From a virus, in IMG/VR virus record IMGVR_UViG_3300034069_000108, positions 1-44,950 of that record: 44,950 nt of DNA. One strand, 5' to 3'. This document shows, piece by piece, positions 5,780 through 14,605 of this stretch (the first letter of the stretch is position 1; the number at the start of each line of letters is the position of its first letter). Below the pieces are notes generated by a model. It made no database searches. It was not told the origin of the DNA and saw only the letters and a list, made by a program, of their open reading frames with translations. A program made the position numbers and the translations under genes.

Positions 5780-7894
5780 TTGGCCACGAATAAAAACAAG
5801 ACGACTGAAGGGAGCGAGACTGCCATTGGCGTTGATGTCCTAGCTTTCGACACGACTCCTGTTGCTAAGAACTACGTTCCGGAAGGGTTTGACTCGAAGG
5901 AAGAGTTCCTTAAGGACATGCGGGAGGAGTACGACGCAGACTTCGACTTCGACCGTGAGAATCGTGACCACGCACTTGAAGACAAGAAGTTTAGTGCAGG
6001 CGAGCAGTGGGACCCGGTTGTTCTTCAACAGCGCAAAGGGCTTCCCTGCCTCGTCATTAACTCTGTTCCACAGTTCATTGCTCAGCTAGTTGGAGACTGG
6101 CGAGAAAGCAAGCGAGGTGTCAAGGTTCTTCCAACGGAGAACGGCGACAAGGAAATTGCAGATGTTCGAGCTGACCTTATTCGTTCGATTGAGACGCAAA
6201 GCCGAGCCGACCGAGTTTACGACAACGCGTTTGAGTCGTGTGTTTCCTGCGGTGACGGCGCATTTCGAGTGGCCGTGGAGTACGCCAAGGACGACGTGTT
6301 CGACCAAGACGTATTCATTCGACCGATCGACGACTCACTGTCCGTCATCTGGGACCGACTTTCGGTTGACCCCACTGGACGAGACGCACGTCACTGTTTT
6401 GTGGACGATCTGATTCCTCTCAAGGACTTCGAGCGTAAGTGGCCGGACCACAAGCCTTCTGAGCTTGGCCGACGCACCTACAACACGATGACTTCTTCGC
6501 GGTGGATTGAGCCGGACGGTGTTCGAGTTACCGAGTACTGGCGCTTGATCGAGCGTAACAGAATGCTTTGCCTCTTCGAAGACGGCTCTGTTCGTTTCAT
6601 TGACGAAAGTGAAGAAGTTAGCAAGCTCGACACTCTGATCGGCAAGCATGGCAATCCGGTTAAGACCCGCATCGCCCCCTGCACTTACGCTCAGATGCAC
6701 CTAGTTACTGGATTCGACATTCTGTCTGGTCCTTACGAATATCGCCTCACTCGTCTTCCCATCGTTCGCATGACGGGTCGCGTGGTCAACATCTCGGGCA
6801 ACCGAGTTCGTTACGGCATTGTCCGCTTCATGAAGGACAGTGTGAGGCTCCGAAACTTCTGGCGTAGTGTGGCTGCTGAACAGCTTGGTTACGCTCCGAA
6901 GGCTCAGTGGATTGCACCAGAGTCAGCAGTTGAAGGCCGAGAGGACGAGTTCCGCAAAGCCCACCTGACCCGCGACCCTCTGATTATCTACAACGACGAT
7001 GCAACGGCTCCGCCTGAACGTCTTGGTCCTCCGCCCATGCAGACTGCTCTGCACAATGAGGCTGAGATTAACTCCCAAGACATGAAGGACGTCACTGGCA
7101 TTCACGACGCTTCGCTTGGCATCAAGTCAAACGAAACTTCTGGACGAGCAATCTCTGCCCGCCAGCGTGAAGGTGACATTGCTTCCATCACGTACTACGA
7201 TAACGGTAATGCTGCTGTCCTAGAGGCTGGTGACATTTGTAATCAGCTCATTAGTCAAATCTACGACGGCACTCGAATCGTTCGCATTATCGGCGAAGAC
7301 GAAAAGATTAAGTTTCTTAAAATCAATGACCCTGCTGACCCTATGTCCCCGGACCTTTCGGTTGGCAGATACGACGTGGCTCTTTCTACCGGGGCTAGCT
7401 ACACGACTCGACGAGTTGAAGCTGCTCAGGCTATGATGGACGCTGTACAGGTTTGGCCCCAGCTCCTGCAAGTTGCAGGTGATCTTGTTGCTAAGGCACA
7501 GGACTGGCCGGGTGCTGACGACTTGGCCGAACGTCTTAAGAAAACTGTTCCCCAACAGTTCCTCGACGAAGACGACAAGACGGCCCCTGACCCCGCACTT
7601 CAGGAAATGCAGATGCAGATGCAGGCTCTTTCTCAGGAGAACCAAAGCCTCAAGGAGGACAAGGAACTTCAGGTTAAGAAGCTCATCATCGACATTTACA
7701 ACGCAGAGACTCAACGTATTCGGGCACTGTCGGACAATCAGGTTGATGGAAACAACATCGAACTTGACGGTATCAAAGCCATTCTGGACGGTGGTCTCAA
7801 ACTTCACGCGGCTGGTCTTCAAACGGAGCAGCACGAGAGGTCACTAGCTGAGCCCACTCAACCCCCGAGTGAGCAAGGAAGAGAGACTATGTAA
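5780..7894 (+). CDS. portal protein (704 aa)
   Basis: Size and position directly after terL. Acidic coiled-coil C-terminus. TTG start as in the ORF track. Confidence 0.85.
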   Translation: MATNKNKTTEGSETAIGVDVLAFDTTPVAKNYVPEGFDSKEEFLKDMREEYDADFDFDRENRDHALEDKKFSAGEQWDPVVLQQRKGLPCLVINSVPQFIAQLVGDWRESKRGVKVLPTENGDKEIADVRADLIRSIETQSRADRVYDNAFESCVSCGDGAFRVAVEYAKDDVFDQDVFIRPIDDSLSVIWDRLSVDPTGRDARHCFVDDLIPLKDFERKWPDHKPSELGRRTYNTMTSSRWIEPDGVRVTEYWRLIERNRMLCLFEDGSVRFIDESEEVSKLDTLIGKHGNPVKTRIAPCTYAQMHLVTGFDILSGPYEYRLTRLPIVRMTGRVVNISGNRVRYGIVRFMKDSVRLRNFWRSVAAEQLGYAPKAQWIAPESAVEGREDEFRKAHLTRDPLIIYNDDATAPPERLGPPPMQTALHNEAEINSQDMKDVTGIHDASLGIKSNETSGRAISARQREGDIASITYYDNGNAAVLEAGDICNQLISQIYDGTRIVRIIGEDEKIKFLKINDPADPMSPDLSVGRYDVALSTGASYTTRRVEAAQAMMDAVQVWPQLLQVAGDLVAKAQDWPGADDLAERLKKTVPQQFLDEDDKTAPDPALQEMQMQMQALSQENQSLKEDKELQVKKLIIDIYNAETQRIRALSDNQVDGNNIELDGIKAILDGGLKLHAAGLQTEQHERSLAEPTQPPSEQGRETM

Positions 7895-7896
7895 AA

Positions 7897-8199
7897 ATGC
7901 CCACGAGTATGCTTGGCTCTACGGACAACCCTCAGGTTCCGGTCCAACTGATTCAGATTCTGACCAAGATCAATGAGAACATTAGCGACGTTAAAGAACG
8001 CGTTATTCGCATTGAAGCACAGGATCATCAGTTCGCGATCAGAACCTTGAGGGCTGACCTAGAAGAAGAGGCCAAACAGCGTCGCGCACTTGAGGACAAG
8101 GTCAACGCGTTTACGAACAAGATGGCTCCAATCCTTGCAGGCGGCACTGCTCTTGTTACATTGGTGTTAAACTACTTAGTTCGAGTTATGCACCTTTAA
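7897..8199 (+). CDS. hypothetical coiled-coil protein with a C-terminal transmembrane helix (100 aa)
   Basis: ORF track. ATG 3 nt after the portal stop. C-terminal APILAGGTALVTLVLNYLV. Confidence 0.6.
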   Translation: MPTSMLGSTDNPQVPVQLIQILTKINENISDVKERVIRIEAQDHQFAIRTLRADLEEEAKQRRALEDKVNAFTNKMAPILAGGTALVTLVLNYLVRVMHL

Positions 8200-8350
8200 A
8201 AGAGGCCGAGGGTACACCACCGGTAAAGACTGACTTGACACTCAGTTGCCTCACTAAGTTTCGACCAGCTTCCGGTTAAGTTTGCTCCGGTGGCTGTGGC
8301 TCGTTTAAACAAAAGTAAACATTCGGTGAAGGACCGCAACACAGAAGCTT

Positions 8351-9400
8351 ATGGCTGACAGTGAACCTAACAACGTTGACAATTCGAACATTTCCACCGT
8401 CACTCCTGACACGGACGATCTTGACGCTTTCAATGACCTTTTCCATGGTCGAGTAAAGGAAGCTCCAAAGTCCGAGGCAGAAGAGCAGACTGAAGAGACG
8501 GACGAAACTGCCGACACCCAAGAAGTTGAAACGGACGAAGACGAAAAGCCAGCAGAAACTGACGAGGAGCATTCCGACGGGGATGACGACGAAGACAGTG
8601 ACAAGTCTGGTGAAAAGCCTACTAAGAAGCCTAATCGGTTTCAGGACCGTATCAACGAACTGACTGCAAAAGCACGAGAGGCTGAACGTCGGGAGAAAGA
8701 ACTCACCCGCCGTCTGGACGAAATCGCAGCTAGGCAGTCTCCCCCTGTTGAAACCCCCGCTGCTCCTAAAGCTGCCGAGGACGTTGGGCCCACCCCGGAC
8801 GACCAGAACGAAGACGGTTCTGACAAGTATCCGCTGGGTGAGTTCGACCCTCAGTACATTCGCGATCTGACGCGCCACACCATTCAGAATGAGCAGAAGG
8901 CAAGCAACGAACGACTCGAACAGGAACGAGTTCAGCGTGAAACCCAGCAGGCTCGTGAACAGCTTAATACCCAGTGGACTGAAAAGCTCACGAAGGTAGC
9001 AGCCGAACACGACGACTACATGGAAAAGACGATTGAGCTAGAATCTACGTTCGACGGTCTGGACTCTGGTTACAGCGACTACTTGGTCAACACCATTAAG
9101 TCTCTGGATCACGGCCCGGAAGTGCTTTACCACTTTGCAAACAACCTCGAAGAGGCACAGAAGTTTGTGAAGATGGGGCCACTTGCAGCGACGCTTGCAC
9201 TTGGCGAACTTAACGCACGGTTCAAGGCGACGGTCGACCAGTCTCAACAGGAAAAACCTCAAGCACGAGTGACGAAAGCTCCGGTGCCTCCTCAGGTCAC
9301 GAACAAAGGGACCAAGACGAGGACTTCGGTAAGCGCCGACACTGACGACCTAGACGCCTTCACCGACATGTTTTACGCCCCCAAACGGAATCGGCGGTAA
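8351..9400 (+). CDS. scaffolding protein (acidic, coiled-coil; 349 aa)
   Basis: Lies between portal and capsid genes. Long D/E-rich N-terminus and E/R/Q-rich helical segments. Confidence 0.65.
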   Translation: MADSEPNNVDNSNISTVTPDTDDLDAFNDLFHGRVKEAPKSEAEEQTEETDETADTQEVETDEDEKPAETDEEHSDGDDDEDSDKSGEKPTKKPNRFQDRINELTAKAREAERREKELTRRLDEIAARQSPPVETPAAPKAAEDVGPTPDDQNEDGSDKYPLGEFDPQYIRDLTRHTIQNEQKASNERLEQERVQRETQQAREQLNTQWTEKLTKVAAEHDDYMEKTIELESTFDGLDSGYSDYLVNTIKSLDHGPEVLYHFANNLEEAQKFVKMGPLAATLALGELNARFKATVDQSQQEKPQARVTKAPVPPQVTNKGTKTRTSVSADTDDLDAFTDMFYAPKRNRR

Positions 9401-9460
9401 CGGACATGAAGAGGCGTTCTTTCCACCCACATTAAAACTTTTACAGGAATGAATTAACAA

Positions 9461-10783
9461 ATGGCTGTTGTAGTCGATCAAGCAAAACTGGTTCTCAATT
9501 CGTTCGCCGCTATCTTCCAGAACAACCTCGCTTCGGCGGACCTTGTTACTTGGAAGCAGTACGACGGTGAAATGGAGGACCGCAATCGTCTGACTGTGGC
9601 TGAGCAGGTTGGTCCTCGCTTTGCTGTCACTCAGACCACGAATGGCGTTCAGGACCTTACTGCCGGTGTGCAGGACGTCGTGTTCGGCAGTGAGCAGTTC
9701 GCGATCAATCAGGTGTTCGGCACCTCGATGGGTTGGGGCGACTTCCAGAAGATTCGTGACATCAACGACGCCCGTGAAAGCACGGCAATTAAGAACGCGG
9801 CTATGAACCTCGCCGAGCGTATTGACGCCTACGTCATGCGTACTGCGGTTCTTGCTTCGGACAACTGGACCGGCACTCCCGGTAACAACGTCTCTACCTT
9901 CGACAACGTTGCTGCGGGTTACACTCGCCTCAAGGAAGAGGGTGTTGACGAAGCGGACCTCCGCGCCATCCTGACTTACAACGACAAGCAGGCTCTCGGC
10001 TCGGCGGTTGTGAATGCTCCGGCACTCAACGACATCGACAGTGGCATCTATCGTAAGGGCTTCGAAGGCACGGTCGCGGGTATCCCGACGTACTTCTCGC
10101 AGCAGCTTCCGACGATCACCTTCGGCACTCGCACGAACGGCACTGTCAACGGCGCTAACCAGAACGTCAACTATTCGGCAGTTTCGGTCTCGGGTGCTCC
10201 GGGCCAGTACCTGACTCAGCTCATCAGCCTTTCGGGCCTTGGTGCTGGTGGTACGATTGCGGACGGCGAAGTGTTCACCATTGCTGGTGTTAATGCTTAC
10301 GACAACCGTCTGGGTGCAAGCCTTGGTCGTCTTCAGCAGTTCCGAGTGATTGGTCCTGTTGGTACGCAGGCTGGTGCAACTGCCTACACGGCTGACGGTA
10401 CTGGTAACGCTGCTGCGGTTCGTATCTTCCCTGCGATGATCGTTCCGGGTACGGGCACTGGTGGTGACATCAACGTCAACAACGCTAACGCTACTGTCAC
10501 TGCGGCTCCGGCTGCGGGTGCGGCTGTCACGTTCCTTGGTACTGCTTCGGCTGCCTCGCGTGTTCGTGCCATCCTTCAGAAGCAGGCGATTGTTGTCAAC
10601 ACCGCTGACCTGATTATCCCCGCGACTGGTGAGGCAATGCGTAAGGGCCTGACCACCATTCCGCTGAGTGTCCGCATGTGGCGTGACTCGGCGTTCAGCA
10701 CTGGCGACCACCGCGTTCGTTTCGACGTGGCTCTCACTGCTAACGTCCGTGACCGTCGTCGCATCGTCCGCATCAACGGCTAA
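9461..10783 (+). CDS. major capsid protein (440 aa)
   Basis: Position after the scaffold, size, strong codon bias, and a strong terminator immediately downstream. Confidence 0.8.
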   Translation: MAVVVDQAKLVLNSFAAIFQNNLASADLVTWKQYDGEMEDRNRLTVAEQVGPRFAVTQTTNGVQDLTAGVQDVVFGSEQFAINQVFGTSMGWGDFQKIRDINDARESTAIKNAAMNLAERIDAYVMRTAVLASDNWTGTPGNNVSTFDNVAAGYTRLKEEGVDEADLRAILTYNDKQALGSAVVNAPALNDIDSGIYRKGFEGTVAGIPTYFSQQLPTITFGTRTNGTVNGANQNVNYSAVSVSGAPGQYLTQLISLSGLGAGGTIADGEVFTIAGVNAYDNRLGASLGRLQQFRVIGPVGTQAGATAYTADGTGNAAAVRIFPAMIVPGTGTGGDINVNNANATVTAAPAAGAAVTFLGTASAASRVRAILQKQAIVVNTADLIIPATGEAMRKGLTTIPLSVRMWRDSAFSTGDHRVRFDVALTANVRDRRRIVRING

Positions 10784-10791
10784 CACGTTAA

Positions 10792-10830
10792 GGGGCTGGC
10801 TGGAACTAAACACCCGGCTGGCCCTTTTTC
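10792..10830 (+). terminator. rho-independent terminator after the capsid gene, plus-strand specific
   Basis: gggctggctgg-10 nt-ccggctggccc then ttttt. The 11-bp stem needs three G-U pairs, so it forms only in plus-sense RNA. Confidence 0.7.
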
Positions 10831-10857
10831 GTTTCAATTCGTGGAGGAGCCTACTAC

Positions 10858-11124
10858 TTGGCTGACTTTATTCAGGAACGCTATCATGCGTATCCAATCG
10901 CTGTTAACGGAACGTACGCGTTTCCCAGCGGCACTCCGACTAATCTTGCTGGTTTCTTGTGTATTACTAGCGGCACTCTCACCGCAACACGAGCAACCGG
11001 TGCGATCCTTATCAACGCTTTTCCCGTAACCGCTGGCGTGTACTACCCCATGCCGTTCCACATCGGAGCGGGTGCAAGTGTCACTCTTGCCGGTGGCGCT
11101 TCGGGAACTTTGGGAGTTTCGTAA
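10858..11124 (+). CDS. virion-module hypothetical protein (88 aa)
   Basis: TTG start 9 nt after GGAGGAG. Located in the structural arm. Confidence 0.6.
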   Translation: MADFIQERYHAYPIAVNGTYAFPSGTPTNLAGFLCITSGTLTATRATGAILINAFPVTAGVYYPMPFHIGAGASVTLAGGASGTLGVS

Positions 11125-11130
11125 ACAACT

Positions 11131-11601
11131 ATGGCAGCTTCTCAGTACTCCAACGCAGACAGTTTTTCAGCGTCGCTGCAAGGTCAGATGGACGCTTTGA
11201 AAGCTCTCATTCCTACCCCTTCTCAGGTCATGCCGGTGGGTGTGGCAGACGTTGGGGTTGCGGGAAGTGATCCGACCAAGTACAGTATTGAAGGGCACAC
11301 TCACGCGAGTAAGGCCCGAAAGCAACGAGTTCTAGGTGTCACCGCTGCGACCTACACTTGGACCTATCCAACCCCGTTTGACACGGGTGTTACTCCAATC
11401 TGTAACGCCATTGTGGAAGACCCGGCTAACTCAGCAACTGACAGCTACAACGTACAGGTGGTAGGTAAGCCAACAAACACTCAGGCAGTATTTCGAATCA
11501 TTCGTCAGTCTGCTGGTATTATTGGGCTGTCTGCTCTGTCTTTGTCGTTCAATCCAACCCCCGGTACTGTGAACCTGCACCTGACAGCACTAGAACCCTA
11601 A
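11131..11601 (+). CDS. virion structural protein, function unassigned (156 aa; possible head-tail adaptor by position)
   Basis: ORF track, tight packing in the structural arm. I recognise no motif. Confidence 0.65.
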   Translation: MAASQYSNADSFSASLQGQMDALKALIPTPSQVMPVGVADVGVAGSDPTKYSIEGHTHASKARKQRVLGVTAATYTWTYPTPFDTGVTPICNAIVEDPANSATDSYNVQVVGKPTNTQAVFRIIRQSAGIIGLSALSLSFNPTPGTVNLHLTALEP

Positions 11602-11621
11602 ACTAACAGGAATCAACTTGA

Positions 11622-12350
11622 ATGGCCCTTGTAACTGAAATTGTCAAGGACGCCTACCGGGAGGCTAACCTTATCCCGATCACTCAGTCTCCGACGCTTG
11701 ACGAACAGACTGAGGCCCTTCGACTGCTCAATCGATTTGTGCGGTCCATCTTTGGTAACGAAGCAGGCGACCGACTCCAATCGTTTCCTGTCGGCACCAA
11801 CAACGTAGCAACTACGGCGTCCCTTCCGACGTACAACTTCACGGGCGCTAACTACGTGCCTCTGAACAGTCGTCTGATGTTTAACGTCACTGCACCCACG
11901 ACTGTCAATCTGCATCCCGATCCGGAAGACGGTTCGCGTGTTGCTGTGGTTGACGCCAGCGGAAACTTCGGTACGAATGCTGTTACTCTGAACGGTAACG
12001 GACGAAAGATCGACGGCGCTAGCACGGTTCTTCTGAACAGTCCGGGCGTGCAAAAGGAATGGTTCTACCGGTCTGACCTTGGATCGTGGATGGCGATTTC
12101 GGCCCTTGGCTTGAATGACACCTTTCCGTTTCCGCTTGAGTTCGAAGACTTGTTTGTCATTGGTCTTGCCACTCGCCTCAATCCGCGTAACGGTGTTTCG
12201 ATTGACGATCAGGCTATGATGAACTTCCGTCGTATGCGTGGTCTGTTCCGTGCTCGTTACAGCCAGTCGATTCAGATGGAGACCGAAGACGGTTTGATCC
12301 GCCTGACTGGTAGCCGACTCAACCGAGTGTCTAAACCCGGCAACAACTAA
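11622..12350 (+). CDS. virion structural protein, function unassigned (242 aa)
   Basis: ORF track; AGGAA SD; position. Confidence 0.7.
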   Translation: MALVTEIVKDAYREANLIPITQSPTLDEQTEALRLLNRFVRSIFGNEAGDRLQSFPVGTNNVATTASLPTYNFTGANYVPLNSRLMFNVTAPTTVNLHPDPEDGSRVAVVDASGNFGTNAVTLNGNGRKIDGASTVLLNSPGVQKEWFYRSDLGSWMAISALGLNDTFPFPLEFEDLFVIGLATRLNPRNGVSIDDQAMMNFRRMRGLFRARYSQSIQMETEDGLIRLTGSRLNRVSKPGNN

Positions 12351-12363
12351 AAGGTAACGTACT

Positions 12364-13761
12364 TTGATTATTCCGTTGGGAACGCAAGACTGGGCCTCTC
12401 TTTCTGAGAACTACACCCGGTTCCGCTTGCACAACATGTACCTTGTGACTAACCCCACGACTCCTGACGGCTTCTCTCGTGTGTCTCGGCCTACCCTGAC
12501 CTCCCTAACCACCATCGGCACTGGTCCTATTGTTGGTATGTGGAGGCAGGAGGCCACCTTCGGAGGTGACTGGATCGTCGCTTCTGGCACTCAGCTTTTC
12601 CGTTACAAGTCGTCCACTAATACCGCCACTCTTCTCGGAAGCATTCCCGGAACTGGCCTGTGTCAGATTGACGGTACGGACAAGCGAGCTGTGGTTGTTC
12701 GAGACGGCACGGCTTATTCCACGGACGGCGCTTCGGTTACTACGATTGTAATGCCGAATGACGTTGACCCGTACACTCCTAATCCTGCTAAGGTAGGTTC
12801 GGTGGCTGTCATCAACGGCTACATCCTGATGACCGTCCTAGGCACTCAGCGTTTTTACTGGATCACTCCGGGGGCAGTCAATCCTGACCCGTTGAACTTT
12901 GCCAGTGCAGAGCGTCTTCCTGATCCGATTGTTTCCGTACGAGTTATCTCTGACGAAATCTGGTTCATGGGTGCCAGCGGTCCCGAGGTCTGGATGACGA
13001 CTGGCGACCTTGACTCTCCGTTTCAGCGTACTGCTGGGCGAGTTTACAGTGACGGCTGCCTGACCAACAACACTTGCGTCAATGCGGTTTACGAAGGTCT
13101 TCCTTGTTTGCTCTGGGTCACGGACACCAAGTCGGTGGTTCTGGCTCAAGGGCAGATTGCTAAGGTAAGTGACGAGTCTGTTGAAGAGCTTCTTAAGACT
13201 GCAACTAACCTACGAGCTTGGTTCTTTCGACACAATCGTCACGACTTTTACATTCTGACTTGTGACCAGTTCACTCTGGCATTTGACATGATTATGAAGT
13301 CTTGGGCCAAGTGGGACTCTTACCGCCGTGACAACTGGAAGGCTCATCTGGGTCTTCAGAGTCCGTCTGGTGTGTTCGCTGGCAGCCTCGAAAGCAATCA
13401 GGTCTGGCAGTTCGACGAAGGGTCTGCGGACTCGGACGGGCCTGTCATTCGAGAAGTGTCCGGACTAATTGACAACCCCGGAGCGGCTCAGCCTTGCAGC
13501 AACGTCTTTGTTAAGGTCAACAGTGGTTGGTCCCCGCAGTACGACTTTGAGCCTCGCCTCGAACTGAGGTGGAGTGACGACCAAGGTGGTACGTGGTCTG
13601 ACTACGTCTCTTCTGGCTTGGGCAACAAAGGTGAGTACAACGAAACAGTGCAGTTCAGGTCTCTTGGTCAGGTCCGTCGTCCGGGTCGGGTCTTTGAGTT
13701 CCGCTTTACTGACAACGCTCGCTTTCGAATTGACTACGCTTCAATGAACGAAAAGGACTAA
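12364..13761 (+). CDS. virion structural protein (465 aa; possible tail hub/nozzle by size and position)
   Basis: ORF track; TTG start. Beta-rich sequence, W/F-rich C-terminal half. Confidence 0.7.
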   Translation: MIIPLGTQDWASLSENYTRFRLHNMYLVTNPTTPDGFSRVSRPTLTSLTTIGTGPIVGMWRQEATFGGDWIVASGTQLFRYKSSTNTATLLGSIPGTGLCQIDGTDKRAVVVRDGTAYSTDGASVTTIVMPNDVDPYTPNPAKVGSVAVINGYILMTVLGTQRFYWITPGAVNPDPLNFASAERLPDPIVSVRVISDEIWFMGASGPEVWMTTGDLDSPFQRTAGRVYSDGCLTNNTCVNAVYEGLPCLLWVTDTKSVVLAQGQIAKVSDESVEELLKTATNLRAWFFRHNRHDFYILTCDQFTLAFDMIMKSWAKWDSYRRDNWKAHLGLQSPSGVFAGSLESNQVWQFDEGSADSDGPVIREVSGLIDNPGAAQPCSNVFVKVNSGWSPQYDFEPRLELRWSDDQGGTWSDYVSSGLGNKGEYNETVQFRSLGQVRRPGRVFEFRFTDNARFRIDYASMNEKD

Positions 13762-13767
13762 CAGAAG

Positions 13768-14577
13768 GTGGCAGAACCTACTTTCAAACTGCCGCGTCTG
13801 CCTACCAACTGGAACACCCAGCCTCAGCTTTTTGAGCGGTACTGGGACATGACGATGAACAAGATCGAGGACATTCTAAACCGAATCCTCGTCTTGCCTA
13901 TCATTCAGGAAGGGTTGGCTCAGGCGGCTGCGGCGGCAGCTCTTGCTAAGCAGCTTGCTAACAACGCTCAGACCAGTGCAGACGGGGCCCAGACCTCCGC
14001 TAACAATGCTCAGACGACTGCCAACAAAGCGGTGTCGGACGCTGCTGCTGCGGACCAGAAGGCTACGAATGCTGCTCAAGCTGCCAGTGGCGCGCAAGGG
14101 ACAGCAGACAGTGCTTACAGTGCAGCTACGGCAATCAACCCTCTGTTGGTGGCTGAACGAGACAACGGCGGCACGGTATTTCAGACGATCACCAACGCCT
14201 TCACTGTCATTCCAATTAGCACGGTGGTGAAAGGCTCAGGCTACAACACTTCAACTGGCCTTTACACGGTGCCTTCGGCGGGTAACTACCTGATTGTTGG
14301 TCACGTTCGTTTGCCTGACGGTGCTACGGCTGGTGTTGGTTTGGCGGTTGGGGTGGGGACTGCGAACTCAGACGACGCTGCCTTACATTGGGACGCTACT
14401 GTTACACTGTCTAACACTTCTGCTGTTCGACGCAATGAATTTAACGTAACTCGTGTTCTTCCAAACGTTACGGCAGGTCAGCAGATTCGTCTTTACATGT
14501 ACGTGGACAACGGAACAACCGGTCTCGGGATCACTAAGGCCAGCCTGTCTGTGTTTCGCCTTCCTCAGTCTGGTTAA
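13768..14577 (+). CDS. tail fiber with an Ala-rich coiled-coil stalk and a C1q/TNF-like C-terminal jelly-roll domain (269 aa)
   Basis: Stalk repeats AQTSADGAQTSANNAQTTANKA. C-terminus TGLYTVPSAGNYLIVGHVRL...IRLYMYV resembles a C1q globular head. Confidence 0.75.
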   Translation: MAEPTFKLPRLPTNWNTQPQLFERYWDMTMNKIEDILNRILVLPIIQEGLAQAAAAAALAKQLANNAQTSADGAQTSANNAQTTANKAVSDAAAADQKATNAAQAASGAQGTADSAYSAATAINPLLVAERDNGGTVFQTITNAFTVIPISTVVKGSGYNTSTGLYTVPSAGNYLIVGHVRLPDGATAGVGLAVGVGTANSDDAALHWDATVTLSNTSAVRRNEFNVTRVLPNVTAGQQIRLYMYVDNGTTGLGITKASLSVFRLPQSG

Positions 14578-14605
14578 CTTACTTCTTTTTCGGAGATTTA
14601 AATAA

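Noticed and set aside
9350-10837. A 495-aa minus-strand ORF covering the whole capsid gene. The 585-aa ORF at 14831..16588, opposite the tail fiber, is similar.
   Set aside because: The translations are R/S/V/T-rich junk with no motifs and no SD, and the opposite strand carries coherent structural genes. This is the stop-free antisense frame typical of GC3-biased genes.
13930-14110. Repetitive AQTSA/NNAQTTANKA codons in the fiber stalk as a possible DGR variable region or CRISPR-like repeat.
   Set aside because: There is no reverse transcriptase, no template repeat elsewhere in the genome and no spacer structure. It is an in-frame coiled-coil low-complexity stalk.
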